The translations under genes and the position numbers were made by a program. The notes under the pieces were generated by a model. The model saw nothing but the letters and a program-made list of their open reading frames with translations, made no database searches and was not told the DNA's origin. Source: Eubacteriales bacterium (GTDB taxonomy: Bacteria > Bacillota > Clostridia > Oscillospirales > JAAYXM01). From it: a stretch of DNA of 39,229 nucleotides. Shown piece after piece: positions 1 to 9,800 of this stretch (its first letter is position 1; each line of letters begins with the position of its first letter). Location: assembly GCA_045540975.1 (NCBI GenBank), contig JAZQIE010000059.1:1-39229 (forward strand), written 5' to 3'.

Positions 1-22
1 TACAATTCCAAAACACAAAGTA

Positions 23-44
23 AAGACACCCCAAAGGGTGTCTT
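23..44 (-). terminator. Intrinsic terminator downstream of tRNA-Ser
   Basis: AAGACACCC-caaa-GGGTGTCTT hairpin immediately 3' of the tRNA CCA, T-rich tail on the minus strand. Confidence 0.7.
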
Positions 45-50
45 CCTTTT

Positions 51-141
51 TGGCGGAGATGGTGGGGTTCGAACCCACGTGCCCGGTTAAGGACAACTCG
101 ATTTCGAGTCGAGCTCGTTATGACCTCTTCGATACATCTCC
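51..141 (-). tRNA. tRNA-Ser(CGA)
   Basis: Reverse complement gives GGAGATG...CATCTCC-G-CCA acceptor stem, anticodon arm CTCGA-CT-CGA-AA-TCGAG, long variable arm, GGTTCGAA T-loop, encoded CCA. Confidence 0.96.
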
Positions 142-274
142 GTATATAGCAACCCTTCAAACGAAGGAGTTTGCCGCTTGTTATCATGCACGAGCAGGGA
201 CGCTCGTTATGTCCTGTTGCGGTGCCCGAAATTTCTTGCACCGTATGAGTGAATACGGCAAACCGTACTCAAAC

Positions 275-303
275 AGTATACACGAAATTTTCGCGCAATG
301 CAA
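275..303 (-). promoter_or_regulatory. Sigma-A promoter for tRNA-Ser
   Basis: Minus strand TTGCAT-17 nt-TATACT. Confidence 0.6.
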
Positions 304-306
304 GTG

Positions 307-1398
307 TTAATCCGCAAATTGGGAGAAAAGTTGCTCCACCTCACGCGTTCCGATGGCCGCGACCGAATTTGCGAGACTTTTTGAGCGGGAGGAGATTTCG
401 GTAAACCGTTCCACCTGCGCGTGTGTCAAATGCGGACGGTTGGGGAAGAGGTCTGCGAAATAAGCGCGCATTTCATCGGTGGAGGAAAGCCCGAGCGCGC
501 GAAGCACCGTATTTGCCTTGTCGGGACGCATGGATGCCATCACCTCGACAAAATCGGATAAAAACCATGCATTCGCTTCGCCGTGCTGTACCCCTTCAAA
601 GAAGGTGAGCATATACCCCAGCACATGGGCAAAGCCTGTCCCGGTCTGCGCGATGACCTGCCCCGCCATGGTGGAAGCCATGAGAAGCTCCTCGCGTACC
701 GTATCCGTTAGCTCGCCTGCGCGCAGTTTCCCCAAGTTATTTGCGAGCATCCGCAGTGCGCGGAGTGCAATCGCGTCGGTATACGCGCTCGCCCGCACCG
801 AGCAGTACCCCTCGATACAATGACTCATCGCATCTACCGCGGTGGAAACCGTGAGCGGTAAGGGAAGGGTTGCGGTATATTTCGGGTCCATGAGCGCGAC
901 TTTCGGGAAGAGCAGGGGACTTTTCACGGTCATCTTGGTCTGCGCCGAGCACACGGTGAGGACCGCGTACTGGGTCACCTCACTGCCCGTGCCCGCGGTT
1001 GTTCCCACCGCAACGATGGGAAGCGCGGCATCCACACCCCGATAAATCTCCTCGGGGGAGGAAAATTTCTGCGCGGCAAATGCAGAAATCGCCTTTGCGG
1101 CATCAAGCGGCGAGCCGCCGCCGATTCCGACCACGAAATCCGCACCCACATCCCGCGCAATCGCCCCGCCTTCAAAGCAGGTCTCCACACGCGGGTTATT
1201 TTCCACACGGTCAAACACCGTGTAATCCACACCCTGCAGAACAAGTGCCTCGCGCACATCGTCGAGCGCACCGCAAATGCGCGCGGAGGTTTTGCCGCAC
1301 ACCAAAAGCGCGTGACGTCCGAGCGCGCGGAAATTGTATCCGCGTACCGCACCGTCTTTCATGATGATTTCGGTTGGATTCAAGCAGGTCCAAGTCAT
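307..1398 (-). CDS. Iron-containing alcohol dehydrogenase
   Basis: GIGGGSPLDAAK, TTAGTGSEVT, DAMSH, and two downstream His (AHVLG, QHGEAN); start overlaps the spoIIP stop (ATGA). Confidence 0.92.
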   Translation of the reverse strand: MTWTCLNPTEIIMKDGAVRGYNFRALGRHALLVCGKTSARICGALDDVREALVLQGVDYTVFDRVENNPRVETCFEGGAIARDVGADFVVGIGGGSPLDAAKAISAFAAQKFSSPEEIYRGVDAALPIVAVGTTAGTGSEVTQYAVLTVCSAQTKMTVKSPLLFPKVALMDPKYTATLPLPLTVSTAVDAMSHCIEGYCSVRASAYTDAIALRALRMLANNLGKLRAGELTDTVREELLMASTMAGQVIAQTGTGFAHVLGYMLTFFEGVQHGEANAWFLSDFVEVMASMRPDKANTVLRALGLSSTDEMRAYFADLFPNRPHLTHAQVERFTEISSRSKSLANSVAAIGTREVEQLFSQFAD

Positions 1399-2435
1399 GA
1401 TTTCACTTCCTTTAACAGTTCCGCGAGTTCTTCGGCAAGGGGACGTGCCGCGCGGAGTGCCTCGCTGAGTGCATTTGCGCTCGTTCCCACCTCGATGAGG
1501 AGCGAGCCCTTTGTCGCGTGCATATTGAATCGGTCTTTGCGCAGGTTGATCGGGCGCATCAGCCCCGGGTACTTGTCGGCAAGGCGACCTTGCAGCTTGA
1601 TGCCCAGTTTGAGATTCTCCTGCCAGTTGGGATGGGAAAGTCCGCTCTCACCCGTGCTCATGACCAGCATCATCTGTGCCGCGGTCTGCCCGTCCACCAC
1701 CGCCGAGGTTTTGTACTTCACCCCGTTCTGCGCGGTCATCGCGTCGCGATGGATGTCGAGCACCACCGCGATGGTGGGATATGCTTGAAGCGCGCGGCGA
1801 ATCCCGTCCAGCGCGCGTGTGTACGAGCCGTTGTACGAAGGGGAATCGTATAAATTCGTATCATGCACCACCGAAATCCCCCGACTCTCCAAAACCTCCT
1901 TGATTTCGCGCCCCACACGCACCACGTTGTAGTTCTTGTCGCTTGTGCGCTCCACATCGTCGGGCGTGTACGTGTCCCGCCCCTCGGGGAAATAGGACTC
2001 GCTCCCGTGTGTGTGGATGATGAGGACGTGCGGCCCGTCTCCCGAAAGTGTGAAGGGGAGGGGCGCCGCCAGATAGGATTTGAGGTCAATGGTTTTGGTG
2101 GAATCGTTTTTGAGGTAAATGTTCCCGTGGGTCACATACCCGCTCGGTGAGGTGGGATTGATTTGAATTGCCTTGATGGGATGCACGTTTTCCGCAATCG
2201 GTGGGGAAAATTCCCACGCGGAAATCGGTGCTTCCTCCTCCTCATGCGCGGGGATGAGCGAGGGCGGAGTGAAGGGCGAGGTCTCACCCAACTGGGAGCG
2301 GAGGGTCTCCGAGAGAAATTCCTCCTGCGCGCCGATGCGGGAAAACACCTGCGGAATCGAGCGCACGGGCAGAGCGCGAAGCCCCACCGCAAGGCATAGA
2401 ATCAGAATGATTTGAGTCTTTGGTAATTTCCGCAT
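1395..2435 (-). CDS. spoIIP: Stage II sporulation protein P (cell wall amidase)
   Basis: HTHGSESY, LDIHRDA, RFNMH and LLIEVG motifs, N-terminal hydrophobic anchor; ATG at 2435 with GGAGGG RBS preferred over the ORF-track start. Confidence 0.88.
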   Translation of the reverse strand: MRKLPKTQIILILCLAVGLRALPVRSIPQVFSRIGAQEEFLSETLRSQLGETSPFTPPSLIPAHEEEEAPISAWEFSPPIAENVHPIKAIQINPTSPSGYVTHGNIYLKNDSTKTIDLKSYLAAPLPFTLSGDGPHVLIIHTHGSESYFPEGRDTYTPDDVERTSDKNYNVVRVGREIKEVLESRGISVVHDTNLYDSPSYNGSYTRALDGIRRALQAYPTIAVVLDIHRDAMTAQNGVKYKTSAVVDGQTAAQMMLVMSTGESGLSHPNWQENLKLGIKLQGRLADKYPGLMRPINLRKDRFNMHATKGSLLIEVGTSANALSEALRAARPLAEELAELLKEVKS

Positions 2436-2480
2436 CGCGCATCCCTCCGTTTTCAAAATTCTATGAAAACGGAGCGCGGA

Positions 2481-3263
2481 TTATTCTTGCTCGAACAAAG
2501 TCCCCGCAATCTCGCCGTCCACAATCTCGTAGAGCGCGTCAAAACGGGTGCCGTTTGTAATCACCATGGGAATCGAATGCTTCATTGCGATTTCCGCCGC
2601 GTGCAGTTTGGTGGTCATACCGCCCGTACCGAGGCGGCTTCCCGCACCGCCCGCAAGGGCGTAGAGCGCATCGTCAATCTCGGTCACACGCGGAATGATT
2701 TTCGCATCGGGGAATTTGTGCGGGTCTTTGTCGTAAAGCCCGTCAATATCGGAAAAGAGCACCAAAAGGTCGGCGTTTGCGAGTACCGCAACCTCCGCGG
2801 AGAGCGAGTCGTTGTCACCGAACAGGATTTCTTCCACACCCACCGCGTCATTTTCGTTGATGACCGGGATCGCGCCCACCTCAAGCATCGCCTCAAGCGT
2901 ATTCACCAAACTCTCGCGACGGGTGATGCTGTCAATGTCGTCATGGGTAAAGAGAATCTGACCGCACACCGTTCCGTAGTCCAAGAACAGCTTATCGTAA
3001 ATGTGCATGAGTTCGCATTGTCCCACCGCGGCGGCCGCCTGCTTTAAGCGGATGTCCTCGGGACGTGTCTTCATCCCCAGTTTACTCATCCCGACCCCGA
3101 TTGCGCCCGAGGTGACCAGAATGATGCGGTACCCCTCGTTTTTCAGGTCGGAAATCGCGCGGACAAGTCTGTCCATATTCCGTAAATGTAAATCACCGGT
3201 CGGGTGCGTGAGCGAGGATGTGCCCACCTTCACCACGATACGGTTGAGTGAATTCGGATTCAT
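2481..3263 (-). CDS. proB: Glutamate 5-kinase (no PUA domain)
   Basis: VVKVGTSSL, VTSGAIG, KQAAAAVGQ, INEND, FGDNDSL, GTGGMTTK. Confidence 0.95.
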   Translation of the reverse strand: MNPNSLNRIVVKVGTSSLTHPTGDLHLRNMDRLVRAISDLKNEGYRIILVTSGAIGVGMSKLGMKTRPEDIRLKQAAAAVGQCELMHIYDKLFLDYGTVCGQILFTHDDIDSITRRESLVNTLEAMLEVGAIPVINENDAVGVEEILFGDNDSLSAEVAVLANADLLVLFSDIDGLYDKDPHKFPDAKIIPRVTEIDDALYALAGGAGSRLGTGGMTTKLHAAEIAMKHSIPMVITNGTRFDALYEIVDGEIAGTLFEQE

Positions 3264-3300
3264 ATCGGAAACCCCCTTGGAGTTTTTTCTTTATTCTACC

Positions 3301-3338
3301 AAAAAAACAAGGCGTCTGTCAATCGACAGACGCCTTGT
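3301..3338 (-). terminator. Intrinsic terminator after the NCS2 permease
   Basis: ACAAGGCGTCTGTC-aatc-GACAGACGCCTTGT hairpin with a T run on the minus strand. Confidence 0.85.
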
Positions 3339-3350
3339 GGGTTTGAACTC

Positions 3351-4748
3351 TTAATGGGTGGTGAAGAACATGACTGCAAAGAGCAGTGCGATGATCCAAG
3401 TGGTGAGCTTGGTCTCTTTGATCTTACCGGAGAAGAGCTTGATTGCGATGTAGGAAAGCATACCGAATGCGATACCGTAGGAAATGTTGTAGGTAAACGG
3501 CATGATTGCCAGAGTCAGGAATGCCGGAACAGCGCTGTCCGCAGAGATCCAGTCGATATCCTTAACACAGTTCATCATCAGAACGCCGACATAAACCAGA
3601 GCAGCCGCGGTAGCAGCACCCGGAATGAGGGAAGCGACCGGAGTGAAGAACATTGCGATGAAGAAGAACAGAGCGGTGAACATCGCGGTCAGACCGGTCT
3701 TACCGCCTTCCGCAGTACCTGCGGAGGATTCAACATAGGTGGTAACGGTGGAGGTACCGAGGATTGCACCGGTGGTGGTAGCAATCGCGTCCGCCAGCAT
3801 TGCCTTGTTCATGTTCGGGACTTCACCTTCCGCAGTCAGCAGGTTGCCGCGAGAGCAAGCGCCGTACAGGGTGCCGATGGTGTCGAACATATCAACCATG
3901 CAGAATGCAAGGGAGGTGGTGATGATGGTGAGCCACAGGTTTGCACTGCCGTGGGATGCGATGTATGCGGAGAAGTCGAAGCCTTCGGTAAAGACCTTGC
4001 CGAAGGACATCTGGCCGAATTCCTGGAATGCAGCGAGCGGATTTGCGTTTGCAAGGGAGATGCCCGCAAATTCCATCCAGCCGAGACCGCCGAGGATGTA
4101 GCCCAGGACATAGTAGAGAACGGAGCCGCCCAGGATACCCCACAGAACAGCACCCTTGACCTTCTTAGCGGAGAGAGCCGCCATCAGGATGAGGGAGAGG
4201 AGGGTGATTGCAACCGGGAACAGAGTGCCGATGGAAACTTCCGGCTTCATCAGGTTCATGGAAACAAGGTTGACCTTGGTTGCCGCATCGCCGACAACGA
4301 TACCTGCGTTCTGCAGACCGATGAATGCGATGAACAGACCGATACCTGCCGGGATTGCAACGCGAACAGCCTTCGGGATGGACTCGAAGATGATTTTGCG
4401 CAGACCGGTGACGGTCAGCAAGATGAAGAGGAGACCCTCAGCAAAAATCAGAACGAGTGCATTCGCGTAGGAGAGGCCGAAACCAAAGCAAACCGTGTAA
4501 ACGAAGAATGCGTTGAGGCCCATGCCGGATGCCTGAGCAAGCGGCAGATTTGCGAGCAGGCCCATCAGGACGGTGCCCACGATTGCGGAAAGTGCGGTTG
4601 CGATGTAGATTGCGTTGTAAGAAACAACGCCGAGTTCAGCAAACATACCCGAGTTGACAAACAGGATGTATGCCATTGCCATGAAGGTGGTCAGACCTGC
4701 CAAAAACTCGGTCTTGACCGTAGTGTTGTTTTCCTTGAGCTTAAACAT
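3351..4748 (-). CDS. NCS2/AzgA-family purine permease (PbuG-like)
   Basis: TEFLAGLTTFMAMAYI, GMGLNAFF, DMFDTIGT, TYVESSAG..EGGKTGLT; multi-pass hydrophobic. Confidence 0.93.
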   Translation of the reverse strand: MFKLKENNTTVKTEFLAGLTTFMAMAYILFVNSGMFAELGVVSYNAIYIATALSAIVGTVLMGLLANLPLAQASGMGLNAFFVYTVCFGFGLSYANALVLIFAEGLLFILLTVTGLRKIIFESIPKAVRVAIPAGIGLFIAFIGLQNAGIVVGDAATKVNLVSMNLMKPEVSIGTLFPVAITLLSLILMAALSAKKVKGAVLWGILGGSVLYYVLGYILGGLGWMEFAGISLANANPLAAFQEFGQMSFGKVFTEGFDFSAYIASHGSANLWLTIITTSLAFCMVDMFDTIGTLYGACSRGNLLTAEGEVPNMNKAMLADAIATTTGAILGTSTVTTYVESSAGTAEGGKTGLTAMFTALFFFIAMFFTPVASLIPGAATAAALVYVGVLMMNCVKDIDWISADSAVPAFLTLAIMPFTYNISYGIAFGMLSYIAIKLFSGKIKETKLTTWIIALLFAVMFFTTH

Positions 4749-4923
4749 AGCTTAGAAAACCCCTCTCTTTAAATTTTTGTTTTCCCCATATGTTCTGTTT
4801 TGCAATGTTACAAAACACAACATGTGGCGAATCCTACACAAATACAATACATGATTTTGACAAATTTTGCAAGAGGAAATGTAAAAAAATTATGAACAAG
4901 CAAAAAAAACCATGCGCAAGCGC

Positions 4924-5910
4924 TTATTCGTAGAGTGCGATATTTTCCGAAAGTTTTGTTTTCATGCCGTCGCGCACGTGCGCGGGGGAGAGGACCTCCA
5001 CCTCCCGACCAAATCCGAACAGCCAGCCGTAAAACTGCGGAGAGACCACCACATCCAGATAGACGGTGAAATGCTCCTCCCCGTCGGGCGTGATGACGAT
5101 TTCCTTCCCGAATCGGTCGATGACCGCGCTCACAAGATGGTTTGAAAAGCGAAGCTTTACCCGTGTCTCCTCACCGCGGAACATCCCGAATACCTTCTTG
5201 GAATATGCGGACATATCCACCGCCTCAAACGCCTCACTCCCCGCCCGCGGGGTGTCGAGAATGGAAATCTGGGTCATCTTGTCCACACGGTAGTGCTTCA
5301 AAAGAGATGCCTCGGAATCCCATGCAAGCAGGTAGTAATTCTCATCGTCCCACATGAGTGCATAGGGGCTTGCGGTGTAAAACCCGCCGTCCTTGCGAAA
5401 GCGCCGCTCCTTGTTTAAGTCATACTCAAAATAACGGAATCGGATTTCGCGGTCGGTCGTAATCGCGGCGGAAATATCGTCCACATTGTAATACACGCTC
5501 TCGTTCATGCTCTTTACCCGATTGCGCACAAACACCTGCCGCTGCAGAAGTTGTGCGTCAAACTTGTTGGCAAGCGCCTCAATCTTCCGAATCAGCGAAA
5601 GGGTCTTTTTCTGTGTGATGAACTTGGAGGATTGCACACTGTCCACCAAAAGCTTGAGTTCGGGCAGTTCAAACTCGCGCGCACCCTCGTAATATCCGCC
5701 GACCTTCCCGCGCACCTGCACAATGTCAAGCCCGAATACCCGAAGTGCCTCAATGTCATCGTAAATCGCCTTGCGCTCCGCCTTGATGTCAAGACTCGCA
5801 AGATACCCGATGATGTCCCCAACCGATGCGGGATGCTCCTCGTCGGTCATCTCATGGAAAAACTGCGCGAGATACAAGAGTTTCAATTTCTGATTTGCAC
5901 TTCTGGGCAT
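4924..5910 (-). CDS. WYL-domain transcriptional regulator (HTH-WYL-WCX)
   Basis: True start MPRSANQKLKLL at 5910 with GGAGGTG RBS; wHTH (ERKAIYDDIEAL), WYL core (SPYALMWDDENYYLLA...YRVDKM), WCX tail (FYGWLFGFG...VEVLSP..VR). Confidence 0.9.
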   Translation of the reverse strand: MPRSANQKLKLLYLAQFFHEMTDEEHPASVGDIIGYLASLDIKAERKAIYDDIEALRVFGLDIVQVRGKVGGYYEGAREFELPELKLLVDSVQSSKFITQKKTLSLIRKIEALANKFDAQLLQRQVFVRNRVKSMNESVYYNVDDISAAITTDREIRFRYFEYDLNKERRFRKDGGFYTASPYALMWDDENYYLLAWDSEASLLKHYRVDKMTQISILDTPRAGSEAFEAVDMSAYSKKVFGMFRGEETRVKLRFSNHLVSAVIDRFGKEIVITPDGEEHFTVYLDVVVSPQFYGWLFGFGREVEVLSPAHVRDGMKTKLSENIALYE

Positions 5911-5931
5911 AACCCCACCTCCGTTTTCTCC

Positions 5932-5960
5932 ATTATATCGGAATTTATTTGGTTTTACAA
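5932..5960 (-). promoter_or_regulatory. Sigma-A promoter of the WYL gene
   Basis: Minus strand TTGTAA-17 nt-TATAAT. Confidence 0.7.
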
Positions 5961-6007
5961 CAGTATCTGTCCAAAAAATAGGACAAACCCCGAAAAATCG
6001 CAACCGT

Positions 6008-6441
6008 CCGCTCTTGCCACGGTGGTTCTTGGTATGGTATAATGGTGGTGCGAATGGCTGATATTTCAAAGTTGTTGTAGTTCCCTGGTGGTTCTTGGTA
6101 TGGTATAATTCAAGGTCTTGTTCATTGTGGTCATCATGTAGTTGTAGTTCCCTGGTGGTTCTTGGTATGGTATAATACAATGATTTACGGACAGAGCGGT
6201 ACGGGAGTTGTAGTTCCCTGGTGGTTCTTGGTATGGTATAATTTATACTCCGCAGACAAGCGTTGACCCGTATGTTGTAGTTCCCTGGTGGTTCTTGGTA
6301 TGGTATAATGCGAGGTCGTGCTCAACCGCGTGGCGTCGAGTTGTAGTTCCCTGGTGGTTCTTGGTATGGTATAATGGCTTTCCTTTCCACTCCCCGTGCT
6401 TCACTGTTGTAGTTCCCTGGTGGTTCTTGGTATGGTATAAT
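6008..6441 (+). CRISPR. Type II-C CRISPR array: 7 repeats (first degenerate), 6 spacers of 30-31 nt
   Basis: 36-nt repeat GTTGTAGTTCCCTGGTGGTTCTTGGTATGGTATAAT at 6074, 6141, 6207, 6274, 6340 and 6406; partial copy (last 23 nt) ending at 6043; each repeat ends in an extended -10 TGGTATAAT. Confidence 0.98.
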
Positions 6442-6450
6442 AGACCACCG

Positions 6451-6488
6451 AAAAGTCCCCCGATTGCAATGCATTTGGGGGACTTTTT
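6451..6488. terminator. Bidirectional terminator between the array and the cas genes
   Basis: AAAAGTCCCCC...GGGGGACTTTT inverted repeat with A/T runs on both sides. Confidence 0.8.
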
Positions 6489-6532
6489 CTGTCCGAAATT
6501 CTTGTGTAAGGGGCAAAATCTCTGCCGTTTCG

Positions 6533-6823
6533 CTAAAAAATCGAGAGTTGTTCGCAATGGAACGGCTCATCCGCAGAGGTAAGTGCACCAAACAAGATAT
6601 CGATGGATTCATACTGCTTTTCGTCACAGACAAAAACAGCACAGCCGCACTGTCCCAAGTAGGACAGTGCGGCTGTTGTGATGGAGCTTTGTCTGTTTTC
6701 CGGCAAAATCGCAGAGAGATCCTCGACCGCAACCGAGTGGATGCGGTCGGTTTCGATACAGAGTTGGGTTTGCTTTAAGAAAATGCGAGCGGGGCTTTCA
6801 ATGATCACATTGCGAAATGCCAT
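6533..6823 (-). pseudogene. cas1: Internally deleted cas1'-'cas2 chimera (96 aa)
   Basis: First about 69 aa resemble the type II Cas1 N-terminus (MAFRNVIIESPARI...EDLSAI...ITTAAL...VFVCDEK); last about 29 aa resemble a type II Cas2 C-terminus (EKQYESIDILFG...EQLSIF); no room for full cas1 or cas2 between cas9 and the array. Confidence 0.82.
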
Positions 6824-6833
6824 CGTTTCTCCC

Positions 6834-9800
6834 TCACTTTCGAACGAAGCGTTGTCTCGGTTCTTTGGAAACCTTATGATAACGCCCTAAAACATCCACC
6901 GTGTATTTCTCGAAATTTGCGAGTGTCTTGATGCCAAGGCCCCTACTACGGTACGCACCGTCATGTGTATAGGTGCTTATACTTGCAGTTGCAATATCAG
7001 CACCAGTGTAGTACAAGAACTCGGATTCGGTCTCGTAACAATCGGGAAGGTCGCTCTCCGGTTGTGCTTTGGTGAGCTTTAGCATACGGGAAGAGGTCAC
7101 CCGAATCAAATCGTTCGGGTAGAGCGAGAAGAGAAAGTCCTCTTCCTTCATTTCTTTCCAATCGGCGTATGCATATCCACGTGTACACGCCTTGTTCGGA
7201 AGCTCCGCCTTCAAGGTATCCGCGGTGTAGATGGGGATGAAATAATACCCGTCGTTTTCCACGTGGAATACGTCGATGCGCACCATACCGCCATTGTCTG
7301 CAATGCCGAGTCCGTCATGCACCTTGACGTTCAGAGTGGTCGGTTCGGTAAGCTTGACCTTGCGGACGATGGGACCCGGGCTTCCGTCCGCCTTCGGCTT
7401 GCGGAATTCTTCCGCAAATGCTTTTTTTGCATCTCCGCCGAATGCGATGAGGCGGGAAAGAAGCGCTTCATAGAGCAGACGGTCGCTTTCCGGCATATAA
7501 TAATTTTCGATTTCGCCGTCTTTCAGCTTCAAATCGGTGAGCGGACGCTTGACCACCGCAAGCCCTTCCGAGAGCGCCTTTGCGCTCTTGATTGTTTCCT
7601 TGTGCGCCGCACCGGTGACTTTTCTCTGCGGCATACGGGAAACGAAGAGGGGAGCGGGGAATCCCACCTCGCGATACAGCGGAATCTTCAAATCATTTAA
7701 GACACGGGCGGGGTCATCGGTCAGCCTTGCTTCCAATTCCTTGCGGAACCATTCCCACGGATAGGGGAATCTGCGGAGTACCTCGCCGGTTGCGGAATTC
7801 ACCGCGAAGCTGCCCTCCTCGGTCTGCAGATACTCACATTCGCGAAGTGCGGCATAGCGGCTGATTTCCTGAATCATACGGTCGGTGGTGCAGGCGATGA
7901 CCACCGCATCCACCGCATGGTGCAAGTCTCCGTTTGCGCGGACCTTTGAGATGCCCCAACGCTTGCGGATGTATGAGGTGATGGCGCCGTTTACCGCGGT
8001 CACGCGCTTTTTCCGTTTGTCCGACGGTGCAAATTCCAAACGGTCATTGATATAATTGAGCAGGAAACGGGACATGGTCTTGGTGTCCTGCAAATTGCGT
8101 TCTTTGAATTTGTTGCGGTCTTCCTCGGTAATCCGCTCTTTTAAGAGATTGCGGCGCTTTTTGAAATCGCGGACACACGCATTGACCCAAACGATGAAAC
8201 GGTCACGCGCTTCACCGCTCAAATACTGCATCGGAAGGCGGTTTCCTTTGTCACGGTTTTCCTTGGAAAGCACGAGCACCTTGTTTTTATACGAATCGTC
8301 AAAGCTGATGCTGTACGGGATAATGTGGTCAACCTCCGCGTAATCCGTATCGAAGATGCGCTCAAGTGACATTTGCTTCTGCGAATAGGCACAAACCCCG
8401 CCTTGCTCCTCGAATAATTTGAGCTTGACCAAATCAAGACCGGTCGGGTTGCGCTTTCCGAATTCGGTTTTGATACGCTCAAGTGCGCGCTCGTTTCGTG
8501 CGCGGTTGGATTCCATATCCCTGCGCAGCTTGGTGCGCTCGCCGAAATCCTTTGCCATTTCGCGCGCAAGCTCGATGTTGATAAAGGTCGGCGCGCTTCC
8601 GCGCTCACGGACGATGGCGTTGAGCACCTTCACGGTCTGCGAGATGGCACGGCGCACAACCGGACTGGTAACCGATTCCAAATCCTCATCGGTCAGGTGC
8701 AGACGGGTGGAACGCTCCTTGCCGCTGTGACCCTTGAAGTCGTATCCCGCCGCCGCGCAAGCATCGTTGTAATTCATGCCCGCTTCGAGATGGGGGATGA
8801 GCTTGTCGCAGGCTTTGACCGACAAATGCCCGAATTTGGAAAAACTGCCGATGGAGATTGCGCACGCGATTTCCTCTGCGGTGAGTCCCGAGTCTTTCAG
8901 CGCATCGCAGATTTTTTCCTCGGTTTTGTAGAGGGAAAGCGCGCGCCCGATTGCATTCTTCTGCGCGGTGGAGAGTGTGGCGATATGCCCCTTTGAGAGC
9001 TTGTCGAACGCTACGCGCATTTCATGGTACGCCTTGAGATAGCAGAATTTTTCCTTCTTTTCCGCATCTTCGGGTGTCATCTCCGCGGTGTAATGCACCA
9101 TGTTGAAGGAAAATTCTTCGGAAATGCCGAGCTCCTTGCGGAGCTTTGCATAGGTCAGATTCGCGCTTTTGTGCGCAAGAGAAACGATAGCGGCGCGCTG
9201 TTCTGCCGTGAGCGGGATGCTCGCGGTGTTTGTGACCAGACGGATGTGATTGATGCGCTCCAAGAGATTGAAATACTCAAACGAGTAGGTGGCTTTTGCC
9301 GCGCGCATCTCTTCGGGCTCCAACGTGCATTTGCCCACCATGTTCTCAATTTGGTTTCCGCCGTACGGACTCTCGCCGCCCGGACCCTCGTCAAACGAAC
9401 GCTGGCTGAGTAAAATCTCCAAATACGCGGCTTCGATTTCCTCACTCGCAAAGGAAGAACCGAATCCGCGCTGGGATTTAAAAATCGCGCGCACCTCGTC
9501 CGCTACCATATCGCGGCTCACGGTCGAGATGTACTTGCCGCCCTTGTTCCGTTTGTTTTCACGGTAGATTTCGTCTTTCAAGAACAGCTCCGCAACCGTG
9601 CGGTAGCCGTTTTCTTTTATCCGCTCCAGGTTTTCGTTTACCGCACTCAGCAGCTCACCGTCTTCTTTGCTGACCCCGGATTTACGGTTGGAACGAAATC
9701 CGCGGCGCTGAGAGATATGGATGAGAATACGCGCAAATTCCTGCGCGGAAACCTCCTCGTCAAGTGCGCGTACGCGGAGCGCATAAATGTCGGAGAGCAC

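Noticed and set aside
3354-4772. 472-aa plus-strand ORF
   Set aside because: Antisense shadow of the NCS2 permease caused by codon bias; the same applies to 11356-12381, 15555-16565, 22934-24403 and the plus-strand ORFs within 33-37 kb.
4749-4923. Purine riboswitch upstream of the NCS2 permease
   Set aside because: Expected from context, but the conserved aptamer motifs are not visible.
5911-6180. N-terminal extension of the WYL ORF through the CRISPR repeats
   Set aside because: It is translated repeat sequence (YHTKNHQGTTT); the real start at 5910 has its own RBS and promoter.
6651-6666. Third TGTCC...GGACA palindrome inside the cas1 remnant
   Set aside because: Spacing is N6 rather than N8 and it lies in coding sequence; probably chance.
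6243-6778. Small ORFs over the array and leader as a possible intact cas2 or accessory genes
   Set aside because: They are repeat translations or antisense frames with no Cas2 N-terminal motif.
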